DNA from: an uncultured virus (IMG/VR IMGVR_UViG_3300046782_000157) | Taxonomy: Duplodnaviria; Heunggongvirae; Uroviricota; Caudoviricetes | Strand: one strand, 5' to 3' | Virus record (IMG/VR): IMGVR_UViG_3300046782_000157 | Length of the DNA stretch: 64,000 nt | Part shown: piece after piece, positions 31,138-40,825 of the stretch | Layout: each line of letters starts with the position of its first letter | Position numbering within the stretch: position 1 is the stretch's first letter | Made by a program: the position numbers and the translations under genes | Notes under the pieces: model-generated | The model's input: the letters and a program-made list of their open reading frames with translations, nothing else | What the model was told of the DNA's origin: nothing | Databases searched by the model: none

Positions 31138-31666
31138 GTTGACTCACTACAACCAAATTACGATCGTTCAGGCCCATGATGATGGAAAATCTTTCCTTGA
31201 GTTTCCAGTCTCTCGGCATCGAGCCGTCGTAGTATTGGTTGTCCAGAAGATTGCGCCACGTCTCGACTGTCCAGAACGTCTTGTGATCGAGATCCTGGTA
31301 GGCGAGCTGTCCTCCATACCACGGCACAACGACGTTGAGGAATCCTCCCCAATGCAGTACGCGCTCGATCTCGCGCAGCATGAAGAGCAAATCGGGCAAA
31401 GAGAGATGCTCCAAGAAGTGCAAGGCAAACACAGTGTCCACGGATTCATCTGCGTGGTCGGGCAGATGCGGAGCGCGCCATCCATTCTCCAAACTCAGGT
31501 TGTCCGCATTGTAAATGTACTTGTATCCAGCCCCGAGATTGAGCACTTTGTTATCCCTCAACGATACTTGATACTCCGGTACGACGCGATCCATCCCGAC
31601 GGCGAACAGATCGGTGAGCGAGAGTGGCTGCGTCCAATGCGTGATCTCTAGGTCGGCCATGGCCAC
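31124..31666 (-). CDS. class I SAM-dependent methyltransferase
   Basis: LNLGAG, SVD.V.A.HFLEHL, EIERVL..GG, DLDH. Confidence 0.85.
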   Translation of the reverse strand: MAMADLEITHWTQPLSLTDLFAVGMDRVVPEYQVSLRDNKVLNLGAGYKYIYNADNLSLENGWRAPHLPDHADESVDTVFALHFLEHLSLPDLLFMLREIERVLHWGGFLNVVVPWYGGQLAYQDLDHKTFWTVETWRNLLDNQYYDGSMPRDWKLKERFSIIMGLNDRNLVVVSQLEKV

Positions 31667-31992
31667 TTCCCATTCTTGTTCCCCGATGTGATCTGGACGT
31701 GAGCGAAGATCGCGTAGTTGACGATGTCAAGCAGCTCGGCGCGCGCCTCGTCGTGATCTGCTTGGTCAGCCATGACGTTGGTAAACAGTCGTTCAGCTTT
31801 CGCGAACAGCTCGAATACCATGCCCTTGGCCCCTGACCGGCGCCAAACGTCGGGACGCTTTGCCTGCCGGTCGTGCATCACCGCCCAGGATCGCAGTAGA
31901 ACGTCGATCCATTCTTTCTCGGTGTGCGTGAGTGTCCCGGTGATATTGAACGATGGAGTCTCAGTAGTTTTGCTCGCTGCGGAATCCATCAT
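31648..31992 (-). CDS. all-alpha nucleotide-modification-associated (DUF1599/MazG-like) protein
   Basis: W...G.KG....L..KAERL...ELLDIVNYAIF. Confidence 0.6.
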   Translation of the reverse strand: MMDSAASKTTETPSFNITGTLTHTEKEWIDVLLRSWAVMHDRQAKRPDVWRRSGAKGMVFELFAKAERLFTNVMADQADHDEARAELLDIVNYAIFAHVQITSGNKNGKWPWPT

Positions 31993-32777
31993 CGCATTCC
32001 TCCGGCCAGCTCGATCTGCGAACCGCTCGCGTGGGCTAGGTTCGGCTCGCATACGAGCTTCTCAACCCAGACCGCGACATCATTCCGATGGAGAAATCCC
32101 ATCGATGGCTCATCACTCGCCCAATATGCCTCAGCATCCTCGTCGTGTTCCATTTCCCGATAACGTGCGATTCCGTCGATAGTCTCCTCAGTCATTGGTG
32201 TATTCACGACGTTGCCAGGATGAACGGTGAAGACGCGGTAGCCCTTCGGCCCTAGTTCCCAGGCCATACACCGGCTGAAGTGCGCCAGGCCTGCCTTCGC
32301 CGCGCAGTATGGAGCCGAGGCGTTCAATACCTTCGTGTACGCCATCGAGCCGATGTAGACGATGTGCTTCAACCAAGGCGTATGTAGCGTAGTCCGAACA
32401 AACTGCTGCGTCGCGACCATCGGACAGAGCAGCGTGTCGTGGAGAACTTCCACCTGGTCATCAAGCATGTAGTTCTCGAACCAGTCCAGATGCGTAGTCG
32501 CGGCGCAGATGATGAGAGTGTCGATCGCTCCGGGGTCGCCCTGCCCCGCTTCGGTGAGGAAGTCAATACATTGATCTGGGAACCAGCAGTTGTGAGACTT
32601 CTTGTTGGTGCCGGCGACACTGAGCCATTCCTCGCGAGCGAATAGCCGCTCTGCGATCGCTTCGCCAATGTTCCCAGGCGAGACGCCGATGATCGCGCCG
32701 TGGCGGATCTCGGGATACGACACGTCGTGGGCCTCCATCTGGGTCTTCACGTACTCGTCATGCAGCTGACTCTTCAC
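31989..32777 (-). CDS. short-chain dehydrogenase/reductase
   Basis: GxxxGxIG, IGS, YCAAK, VHPG motifs. Confidence 0.9.
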   Translation of the reverse strand: MKSQLHDEYVKTQMEAHDVSYPEIRHGAIIGVSPGNIGEAIAERLFAREEWLSVAGTNKKSHNCWFPDQCIDFLTEAGQGDPGAIDTLIICAATTHLDWFENYMLDDQVEVLHDTLLCPMVATQQFVRTTLHTPWLKHIVYIGSMAYTKVLNASAPYCAAKAGLAHFSRCMAWELGPKGYRVFTVHPGNVVNTPMTEETIDGIARYREMEHDEDAEAYWASDEPSMGFLHRNDVAVWVEKLVCEPNLAHASGSQIELAGGMR

Positions 32778-33444
32778 GGGCGCTCCCCCATTCGGTCAAC
32801 CTAGTTTTGAGGTGCTTCGTTGCCATCTGAGCACCACCCAGATTTGGTACACCGTTCGCGTGTCGGTTCCAATGCGTGCAAACAAGGAACGGAACTTCAA
32901 TACCGAATACGCGAGACGCCGAGGTATACATCTCGATCAGATCCTCGTAAACGGCAATAACGCGACTTTTGTCGATTCTCTCGGCCAACGCCTCATATTT
33001 GTCCTCGTCGTAGATCAACCCAGTGTACGGCACATTGTTGCGGCGCAACCACTCGCGCGTATCCGGGTCGATGTTATCCATCCGCAGAAATGGCCTAGTG
33101 GTCGTGACCCAGACCTCGCAACCCATCACTGCTGCATCGCGGGCGAATCGAGTCATCGATGGGAATGGAGGCATTGAACGCTTCATACCGCCCTGGCGAT
33201 ATGCCAGTTTACAATCCCACCAGGATCGGTAATCTACATCGAATGCTTGCATAAACCACTCGCTGAACTTGCCGTGGCCAGAATAGCCCCACCAGTCACC
33301 ACCAGATTTGCCGAAGTAGTTCACAGCGAAGTGAAGTAGGTGTTCGTGGTAGTCGCCCATCGTGCCATCGATGTCGATAGCGACGACAGGCTTCACCACC
33401 TCAGAGCATTGAGAGCAGAGCACGTCTCGCCTCCGTGTAGACAT
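32758..33444 (-). CDS. HAD-family 5'-nucleotidase/phosphatase
   Basis: DIDGT motif I, TTRP, T.EWL, K, ED. Confidence 0.85.
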   Translation of the reverse strand: MSTRRRDVLCSQCSEVVKPVVAIDIDGTMGDYHEHLLHFAVNYFGKSGGDWWGYSGHGKFSEWFMQAFDVDYRSWWDCKLAYRQGGMKRSMPPFPSMTRFARDAAVMGCEVWVTTTRPFLRMDNIDPDTREWLRRNNVPYTGLIYDEDKYEALAERIDKSRVIAVYEDLIEMYTSASRVFGIEVPFLVCTHWNRHANGVPNLGGAQMATKHLKTRLTEWGSAREESAA

Positions 33445-34162
33445 GATGGGTCAGTACGCCTTTCTGCCATGCACCAAATCTCCCAGCCCAGAGAACGGTC
33501 GGCCAGCAGTTACAGTTATTCCCCGTCGGCTTGAAGCCGGACGCGAGCCCGTTGAATGGCGGCTCGGTCGCGTATTCATAGCTGAGGTTGTAGTCAATCT
33601 GACTCATCCGGTACCATGGGTGATTCGGATCACCGGAGTAGGTCATGATAGTTTCACCGCTACAGTCACCTAGAGGCCGATTCCTGATCCAGATTGGCTG
33701 AGATCTGAATGTATGATAGACCGGCTGGAGGCAGTAACTGTCCTTGGGAGCGGTACATATGACCAGATCGTGCCTGGCAATCACCCATTCGAGCTGAACG
33801 CGGTCGATCCGCCGCGTGACCATCTGTTTCTTGTACATCTCCCAGGCTTGCTCGTACGTCTTGCGCAGAGACCACATTGGGAAGGTTCCCTCATCGAAGT
33901 GATCCCAACTCACTGGGTGGGACTCGTCGCCGTAGACCTTCCGAGCGTAGCCCTCTTTGGTTCCCCACTTGCTGATGACGATCTCCGCATCTGGCTTTCG
34001 GCCGGTCAGTTGTGGGATCGGCGAGTGGAGATACATCGCGCCGGTCATCACTGATGGCTTCTTCCAGATTGTATAGATCTTCGCCTTGACCCCGAGCTGA
34101 GCAGCCGCGTGTGCTGCTAATAGCCCGGATGGCCCACATCCGATGATCGCTACCTTAGTCAC
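33401..34162 (-). CDS. FAD-dependent oxidoreductase
   Basis: VAIIGCGPSGL Rossmann fold; GA.YLH; C-terminal GRFGAW. Confidence 0.8.
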   Translation of the reverse strand: MTKVAIIGCGPSGLLAAHAAAQLGVKAKIYTIWKKPSVMTGAMYLHSPIPQLTGRKPDAEIVISKWGTKEGYARKVYGDESHPVSWDHFDEGTFPMWSLRKTYEQAWEMYKKQMVTRRIDRVQLEWVIARHDLVICTAPKDSYCLQPVYHTFRSQPIWIRNRPLGDCSGETIMTYSGDPNHPWYRMSQIDYNLSYEYATEPPFNGLASGFKPTGNNCNCWPTVLWAGRFGAWQKGVLTHHVYTEARRALLSML

Positions 34163-34431
34163 ACCAACTCCTTCGCTGCGTGTCTACCGGCGACGAGGCC
34201 GACCAGGAAGAAGTGCATGATCAAGGTATTGATTGCTGGCTCTATCACCGGATCTATCGTCTTCCAAGCAGGATACTGTCGCTTAACAATACTAACACGT
34301 CGGTTGAGTAGATTATCGAACGCCTCGCGCTCGACTTCCAGATAGGTGAGCTGCCGACCGTAGTCCGGCGCACCGGCGTACGCCACTTGGAGCACCGTCT
34401 CTGCCCGCGCTAGGGCTTCCGCGTTGATCAT
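34159..34431 (-). CDS. hypothetical protein
   Basis: Overlapping start/stop with both neighbours. Confidence 0.55.
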   Translation of the reverse strand: MINAEALARAETVLQVAYAGAPDYGRQLTYLEVEREAFDNLLNRRVSIVKRQYPAWKTIDPVIEPAINTLIMHFFLVGLVAGRHAAKELV

Positions 34432-37205
34432 TTATGCTCCCTCAGGATTGTGTGTAGTGTAGGCTCCACCCGGATGTCTCCGCCATCTTTGCGAACCATC
34501 CGCGCACTCCACAACTTGTTTATCTTCGCGTTGGCATCCTCCCTAGTCGTGTTCAGAATCTCCTCGATGTCTTGTCGTCTGAAGGTTGCGTTCGATCGAA
34601 GGAATTTGGCCAAGTCTCGGTTTGCTAGCAGATACTTGCGCATCATATCTCGGTTGTTCTCAGCCTCGCGCCGATCCTCGAACACTTCATCGGAGCGGTC
34701 GCGGTAGCCGAACGTAGGCATCGAGTAGATATGGTGTAACAGAGCAACGGCGTCGTGGACGTGCTCGTGCTTCACCATGATCTTCTCGTTCGTCTCGTCC
34801 GTGCTGAACGTCCTAGCGGCGAGCGCGGTAGAGATGCGAGCAATCTTCTCGCGTATGTCAGCGGCTTGGACTAGCGGTGGATCCTCGATGTACGCCTTGC
34901 CCACGAGCGTCGCTGTATCCAGGGCTGCCTTCTCTGCGCCTGGAGTCCAGACAATTTGCTCGGGCTTTCGCGTCCAGCACCACATGAGTAAGTTGTGGCA
35001 CATCTCGGCGCTGTACTTCAACTCGCCCTGCTCAGTCGCGACGTTGTACTGCTCGATTGGAATATCGTGCATCGTCACGGCCATCGCTATATCGAAGCGG
35101 GCGATGTCTTCCATCGCACCGATCAGCGGGCGCAGCGCGTCTACGCCGTAAGTGAACTGGCCCATGTTACCTCCGTTGCGCGGGTTGGCGAGCCAGATCA
35201 TCCTCGTCCGGGCGTGCGTCGCCTCCTGCTGGATCTTGGAGATTCGCACTACACCGTCGTTGCGCAGATCGGACATGTGGCCAATATCTTCGTATGAGAG
35301 CGCGGAGATCTCGTCTACTACAACCGCTCGACGGTCGTTGAGCGGAATGACACCCCATGTAACAACCCATTCCTTTCCGCCAAGCTGCTGCAAACCGCCA
35401 ACAAGTCCTGCATAAGACGCAGATTCTCCACCGACGATCTCACCTGCACCGTAGTGACGGAGGAGCTGCCTTGCTGCCTCGGATTTTCCAGTTCGAGTGT
35501 CACCGTATACACAACTCTGGAGCCATCCCCGTCGGATGAGTTTACCGTTGAACTTGAACGAAAGTACAGAATGAAGCGTGAGATCAAAGATCGCATGCAT
35601 CTCCCATCGGCCAGTGATACGGGTTACGTGGTCGCCCATCGCCTGTGCGATCTCTCTCAGCTTCCTGACGGGTCGCTGCTTCCCTCGGGGCTGGAATCGG
35701 CGTAGCTCACTAGCAGCTGTGCTACCCAATTCAAAATTGTCCAGAGAGGTTGATACAGGAGAGAGTTCCCAAGATAGAAACTCGTTTCTTTGATCTCTTG
35801 GGTTCGGATGAAGCGCCCCAAGCGCAGTGACAGTGTTATTGGGGAGAGTGTCGTGTCTTCCAACGCTAATGATGCGTAGAGTCTTGTATGACCCTGCCTC
35901 CTGACTGTCAGAGTGATCGAGCGACGGGCGGGCATAGAGAACCTCCACGGATTGATATTCCTTCGGTTCGATGACTAGCTTGTTACACTTGACCGCTCCG
36001 TACTCCATCCTGATCGCGTCCCAAAGCTGCTGCTGACTCGCGTCAATCAGGGCCAGTATCGTAGGGCTGTCGCCGTCTATCGTGACCTCAACCTGCCCGC
36101 CAGCAGGCTTCATAGGGCAAAACTGGCACTTGATCCCAGCGTCACGCGTACACGTGAGCTGAGCTGTGCGCGGCACGGTGTAACCCGGCTCTTTTTTGCC
36201 CTTAATGGTCACGATTAGATTGACAGGCTTCGCGATTCGTTTCGCGTCACTACTGTCCAGCACCGAGATAGTCTCTGGCCCTGATTCACTCGACTCAGTT
36301 TTCTGTTCCCACGGCTGGGCGTCTCGGAGCAGCCGCTCGAAGTCGTCACGGTCGTGCTCCATCCAGAAGTCAGACAGATCCTTGCCGTGTTTCTCAGTCA
36401 GCTCGTACGGTAGAACAACAACACGGACGTCACAAACGCGAGAGAGAGCACGAGCCACGACCCGGTTAGCATCCACGCCAGTATCATCGCGGTCATGGCA
36501 GAGGTAGACCAACTTGTTCCTGAAAGCCTCACTCCACTCTTGCTTCCAGATCTTGGCCGATCCGGTCTTGGTGATAGCTGGATAGCCAGCTTGGATCGTC
36601 GCGAGCGCATCCCATTCTCCTTCGCAGACTACGAGTGTGTCATGAACGAGCTGGTCGGCTGGATAGAGACGTGGCGTGTTGTGCCCACTCATGCCCCAGA
36701 TCTTCGTGTCGCCTTTCGGACGCGGCGTGTATTGACGGATGTTCCATAGCTCTCCGTCCGGCCCGTAGACAGGGATCGTGTATACGTGCTTGTCTTTGTC
36801 CCACCCGATCCTGAACCGCTTGAGCGTGTCGGATGTGAGCCCGCGACGCCCTACGATCTCGTCCAGCGCAGTTTCCTCATCCATCAGGTTCTGTGCCCAG
36901 GCATCAGCCATGGCAGGCGACAACGCCTCCTTTGCGCGGCGCGGTCGCCCACCATTCCTGCGACTGCGGACTGCGGCTTGACTGTTCGGCGCGATCCATC
37001 GAGGCTTCTGCTTGATGAGATCCGTCACCGTACAGCCGCCGCAGCCCGCTTGGCAGAAGAATTGAGCAGAGTACACGTTGATGGAGGCAGAGCGAACCGT
37101 GTCCTCATGCAGAGGGCACAGTAAGTACCACTCGCCATCTTCGCGTGGCGCATCCGTGACGAAGTAGTCGCGGAGTTGCCTTATCTGCCCGTTCTTAATC
37201 GGCAT
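34428..37205 (-). CDS. primase-helicase (Zn finger, Toprim, MCM-like AAA+)
   Basis: CPLH..C..C; CEGEWD, HDRD Toprim; GDTRTGKS Walker A, ASYAGL.GG, VVDE, ANP. Confidence 0.85.
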   Translation of the reverse strand: MPIKNGQIRQLRDYFVTDAPREDGEWYLLCPLHEDTVRSASINVYSAQFFCQAGCGGCTVTDLIKQKPRWIAPNSQAAVRSRRNGGRPRRAKEALSPAMADAWAQNLMDEETALDEIVGRRGLTSDTLKRFRIGWDKDKHVYTIPVYGPDGELWNIRQYTPRPKGDTKIWGMSGHNTPRLYPADQLVHDTLVVCEGEWDALATIQAGYPAITKTGSAKIWKQEWSEAFRNKLVYLCHDRDDTGVDANRVVARALSRVCDVRVVVLPYELTEKHGKDLSDFWMEHDRDDFERLLRDAQPWEQKTESSESGPETISVLDSSDAKRIAKPVNLIVTIKGKKEPGYTVPRTAQLTCTRDAGIKCQFCPMKPAGGQVEVTIDGDSPTILALIDASQQQLWDAIRMEYGAVKCNKLVIEPKEYQSVEVLYARPSLDHSDSQEAGSYKTLRIISVGRHDTLPNNTVTALGALHPNPRDQRNEFLSWELSPVSTSLDNFELGSTAASELRRFQPRGKQRPVRKLREIAQAMGDHVTRITGRWEMHAIFDLTLHSVLSFKFNGKLIRRGWLQSCVYGDTRTGKSEAARQLLRHYGAGEIVGGESASYAGLVGGLQQLGGKEWVVTWGVIPLNDRRAVVVDEISALSYEDIGHMSDLRNDGVVRISKIQQEATHARTRMIWLANPRNGGNMGQFTYGVDALRPLIGAMEDIARFDIAMAVTMHDIPIEQYNVATEQGELKYSAEMCHNLLMWCWTRKPEQIVWTPGAEKAALDTATLVGKAYIEDPPLVQAADIREKIARISTALAARTFSTDETNEKIMVKHEHVHDAVALLHHIYSMPTFGYRDRSDEVFEDRREAENNRDMMRKYLLANRDLAKFLRSNATFRRQDIEEILNTTREDANAKINKLWSARMVRKDGGDIRVEPTLHTILREHK

Positions 37206-37209
37206 GTTG

Positions 37210-38004
37210 CTAGAAAGGCTCCTCGTTGTCGTCGGCGCGGAGCGCGGCGATGAGGTTTGCCTTCGTGGACTTTGCTCCCTTCTTGAGCGAGAGATCTCGC
37301 TTGTTGAACTCCTCTTTCAGGTCACCGAGCGACCAGTCATCGTAGTCGTCGCCCTCGGCATCCACGATCGCAGCACGGATGTCGTCGTCCGACATTTTGG
37401 TGGTGACCTTGACCTCTAGCTCGTTGTCCTTGATGTACTTCTTGAGTTCAGAGCGATCGAGTTCAGCGAGAGGGTCATCTGCTTCTTCCTCTTCTGGCTC
37501 CTCGTCCTCCTCCTCTTCTGCTTCTTCGTCTTCTTCAACCTCCTCCTCCTCGTCAACCTCGTCCTCGTCTTCTGCTTCCTCCTCTTCATCGGCTTCATCG
37601 GCGTCGGCGTCCTCGCCCTCTTCAACCTCCTTGGCGGCGAGCCAAGTCTTCAGACGAGCCTTGTACGCGCCGTCGTACTCGTCCTTCGTGACCTGTACAC
37701 GGCACTCCTTGCCGATGAGCTTCTTGGGATCGAGCGAGCCCTTCGCGGGCATCCCGAGCGCGTCCGTGAACTCACGCAGCTTCCATGCCGTTGCGTCGTA
37801 CAGACCGATGTATGAGTGGAGCGGAGCAAACTTGTCACCGACCGAGACGGTGATATGGAAGTCACCCTTGCCTTCGATCTTGGTGCCGTCGGACTTCTCT
37901 GTCCGATGCTCGGCAGTCATGATCTTGGCCTTGTAGATTTTCGGCGGTGCTTGTTCGCCGGCACCCGACTCGACATCGCTCACGTCATATCTAATCGCTG
38001 GCAA
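37210..38004 (-). CDS. DUF669-like ssDNA-binding protein with acidic linker and C-terminal helical domains
   Basis: TTG after AGGAGG; LIGKECRVQV..DEYDG; long E/D tract; two SAP/HeH-like helical units. Confidence 0.6.
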   Translation of the reverse strand: MPAIRYDVSDVESGAGEQAPPKIYKAKIMTAEHRTEKSDGTKIEGKGDFHITVSVGDKFAPLHSYIGLYDATAWKLREFTDALGMPAKGSLDPKKLIGKECRVQVTKDEYDGAYKARLKTWLAAKEVEEGEDADADEADEEEEAEDEDEVDEEEEVEEDEEAEEEEDEEPEEEEADDPLAELDRSELKKYIKDNELEVKVTTKMSDDDIRAAIVDAEGDDYDDWSLGDLKEEFNKRDLSLKKGAKSTKANLIAALRADDNEEPF

Positions 38005-38791
38005 CTCTATTCCTCCTGCGTCTGGTAGTGGTGGGCGCGATTCCACGCGCCTGCTTGATTGCTGCTTCTAGCTTCGGCACAGTCAGGTCGATCACCTGAC
38101 CATTCGGAAATGCATGGAACTGATCCTTCCCGTAGAAGGATGTGTTGCCTTTGAATCGAGTCTTCGTATATTGTTCCCCCTTCCTCGTCTCGCTGTCGTG
38201 AACTGTCTGGTAGCCGACCATCTGCATGTAGCCCGAGATCCGCTGGGGCATACCTTTGCCCTGGATCCACGGCATCATGCGTTCGATGTATTGCGGCCCC
38301 ATTTCTTCGTCTGGTTCACCTTCCTGGACTTCCATCCAGAACTGGTGGGCTGTGATGCCAAGATGGAACAGATCGCAACCCATCATGAATCTGACCCACT
38401 CCGCGATCCGTCCCATGTTGACGCCGTAGTCGCCCTTGTCCCACCAAGCGTTAGCGCGGTTAGGGTTGCGTCGCTTGGCTACGTCAAAGATGTCATCAAG
38501 GCCGACATCCTGCCAACACGAGATCGAGTCGAGCCAGATCCACTCGTATGAATTGCCCTCGTGTCTGGCCCACGCTAGGACTTCATTCATCCCAGACCAA
38601 TCCTTAACCAACCAATGGTCAGCACCGCAGTTCTTGATCGCGTCTAGGTGCTCGACGTAGGGGTGAACGATGAGCGTGTTCGATCCACCGCTCCCAGCCA
38701 GCGTCGTCTTGCGCGATCCAGGATCACCATAGACCAGTATGCGATAGTGCTTGCTGGGCTTGATTGATTGGATGTCAGCTGGCTTAGCCAT
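37991..38791 (-). CDS. AAA_24/Sak4-like ATPase
   Basis: LVYGDPGSRKTT, IWLDSIS, TAH. Confidence 0.8.
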   Translation of the reverse strand: MAKPADIQSIKPSKHYRILVYGDPGSRKTTLAGSGGSNTLIVHPYVEHLDAIKNCGADHWLVKDWSGMNEVLAWARHEGNSYEWIWLDSISCWQDVGLDDIFDVAKRRNPNRANAWWDKGDYGVNMGRIAEWVRFMMGCDLFHLGITAHQFWMEVQEGEPDEEMGPQYIERMMPWIQGKGMPQRISGYMQMVGYQTVHDSETRKGEQYTKTRFKGNTSFYGKDQFHAFPNGQVIDLTVPKLEAAIKQARGIAPTTTRRRRNRVASD

Positions 38792-38949
38792 CTCTCACCT
38801 CCTCTCCTAGCTGCTCGTAGACTTCTTCAGCAGTCACCGACCTGTTGCAGATCGGACAGTAGTAGATCATCAATGACTGGTTTAGCCGCGCCGGTCGGCG
38901 GCAATCCATACATACGACTGGATGATTTTGAAATGTCATATCGCTGCAA

Positions 38950-39117
38950 CTAAAAATTGGATTTTTGCCCTATAGCAATTCGAGAATATTTCCTGCGCGT
39001 CTTCTTGACCGGCTTCGCGGCACAGTAGCGACATCGCTTCTCGCCCTTGATGACTAGCTCGGGCCTGCCCCAGGGACGCAGCTTCGCGCAGCTCGGGCAA
39101 TCGACGTAGATCGTCAC
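38950..39117 (-). CDS. small zinc-finger protein
   Basis: MTIYVDCPSC...CRYC; GTGA overlap; below ORF-track cut-off. Confidence 0.5.
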   Translation of the reverse strand: MTIYVDCPSCAKLRPWGRPELVIKGEKRCRYCAAKPVKKTRRKYSRIAIGQKSNF

Positions 39118-39278
39118 GGTTTCTCCCCGTCCATCATCGCCCTGATGGAAGTTGGCTTCTCCTCGCCAGCCAGAGCAGCACGAGTTTCCTCGACGAACGC
39201 GGTAGCACGGAGGATGACTTCCAGCAGCCTGTCCCGTTCATCCTCCAACTCGGCGATGCGGCGGTCTTTTGCGCCCAT
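39114..39278 (-). CDS. small coiled-coil protein
   Basis: MGAKDRRIAELEDERDRL. Confidence 0.5.
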   Translation of the reverse strand: MGAKDRRIAELEDERDRLLEVILRATAFVEETRAALAGEEKPTSIRAMMDGEKP

Positions 39279-39478
39279 CACGATGCCTGCTGGACTAGCT
39301 CGTAGCCGCCGACGCAGAGAACAAATACGAGCGAGAGTAAACCGATCACTATCAGCGCGATCCCTGCCCACTCTGCCGCGTACAGGATCAGCGAGCCGGG
39401 CCGGTCGCGCATATCGTCGAGCAGGCTCGCGCGCTTCTGGGTGGGAATGATCCCAGTCTTAGCCTCGCTGCTGCTCAC
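39278..39478 (-). CDS. small membrane protein
   Basis: Hydrophobic C-terminal helix. Confidence 0.5.
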   Translation of the reverse strand: MSSSEAKTGIIPTQKRASLLDDMRDRPGSLILYAAEWAGIALIVIGLLSLVFVLCVGGYELVQQAS

Positions 39479-40476
39479 TTCTGCTCCGAGGCAATGACTT
39501 CGTGCTCCGCGTATGGATCCCAGGTCTGGGTCGTTGCTTCCATCAGTTCCTCCCAGTCGGACTTGATCTCGTGGGCCTCGCAGATGTCGAACATACTACA
39601 TCCCTGACAAGTCCACTTCGTGGCGTTCTTGTAGATGAGAATGCTGTTCTCGCGGAACGTGGAGGCGCTCTGCTTCGCGTCGTGGATCTGCTGCCACTGC
39701 TTCTGAACGCGATCGTAGACAGACGCGCTGTCTTTGTCGTCGCGGAATACCGGCTTGCGATCGAAATAGGGTGCTGGCTGCTTAGCTGAGATCGAGCCGT
39801 CCTTGTTGAGGTAGTTGCCACCATTATCCCTCGGGCGCTGGTCGGGTGGCGCTTTGCGCAAGAAGTTGAAGAGCAGACCAGAGAGCTGCGTACTGCGAGG
39901 GATCAGCTTCGCGCGATAGATGGCCTCACGTCCGAATGTCCAATACGATCCCGCCTGCTCGTCCAGGAGCAGCCAACGCGGATGACGCTCGATCCCTTTC
40001 GTGGTCTTGTGATCCGGCATCCAGACTTTCTTGGTCGGCAGATGTCGCCAGACCCCATCTACGACGCCGGTGTAGTAGAACGGGGTTGCGTGATTGATGC
40101 GGATGCGAAACGGGTACTCGGTCGCGAGTACCTCCCATTCATCGTCTGCTCCGTAGTGATCGACGTAGTTTGTGAGCATTGCCGGGCCTAGCTCGGCAGC
40201 GTTAGCCCACACTTCGTCATCTTCGATTTTGAAGCCAAACTCACCAGCGACCTTCGCGTCTGCCTCGTACAGGCGCTCGAAGGTCAATGCTGGGTTCGGC
40301 CCGCGCTTCTTGCCCGGCTTGTAGTAGGCAGCCAGCGCGCCGTGTATGAGCGTCCCGAAGCGCAATGGCGGTCGGTCGATGTTGGGTCTACGTGCTAGAA
40401 AGTAGTTCTGGTACCACAGGAATCGACAACGCTCAAAGGTGGTGCGTTCTGATGTTCTGAGTTGCGGAATGGGCAA
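39475..40476 (-). CDS. PD-(D/E)XK (Cas4/RecB-like) exonuclease
   Basis: FGTLIH, E, G.VD, DHKT, Q..SY, terminal C..C....C. Confidence 0.85.
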   Translation of the reverse strand: MPIPQLRTSERTTFERCRFLWYQNYFLARRPNIDRPPLRFGTLIHGALAAYYKPGKKRGPNPALTFERLYEADAKVAGEFGFKIEDDEVWANAAELGPAMLTNYVDHYGADDEWEVLATEYPFRIRINHATPFYYTGVVDGVWRHLPTKKVWMPDHKTTKGIERHPRWLLLDEQAGSYWTFGREAIYRAKLIPRSTQLSGLLFNFLRKAPPDQRPRDNGGNYLNKDGSISAKQPAPYFDRKPVFRDDKDSASVYDRVQKQWQQIHDAKQSASTFRENSILIYKNATKWTCQGCSMFDICEAHEIKSDWEELMEATTQTWDPYAEHEVIASEQK

Positions 40477-40825
40477 GACGCTCCCTCCAAATTGATGATA
40501 TGCGAACGGCGAAGCTCGCTACGAGAACCCTAGACGATCCGCACCCGTTTCGCGATGCCGAGTTATGTCGAGTTTTGCGATCCCTCGATTTCCAGGGATT
40601 TCGCGATTGATGAGAATTGCTTACGCGCGCGCGCGCCCCGGTAGGAAATGATATGTTATCTATACGCGCGCGTCCCTACGCGCGAGGCCGTGAAAAATCC
40701 CCGCCTACGCGCGTATACGCGCGCACGTATGCCCGTAGGCGGGGAGATTCAAATAGTGATTTCTCCTAGGCGGGCGTACGTACGCGCGCGAATGAACACA
40801 TGTTTCAATTGATTGTAAAGAGATT

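Noticed and set aside
37379..37936. Ser-rich + strand ORF
   Set aside because: Antisense of the Glu/Asp tract in the SSB-like gene.
39475..40476. Cas4 as part of a CRISPR system
   Set aside because: It is a solo PD-(D/E)XK nuclease beside an AAA ATPase and SSB, a common phage recombination module.
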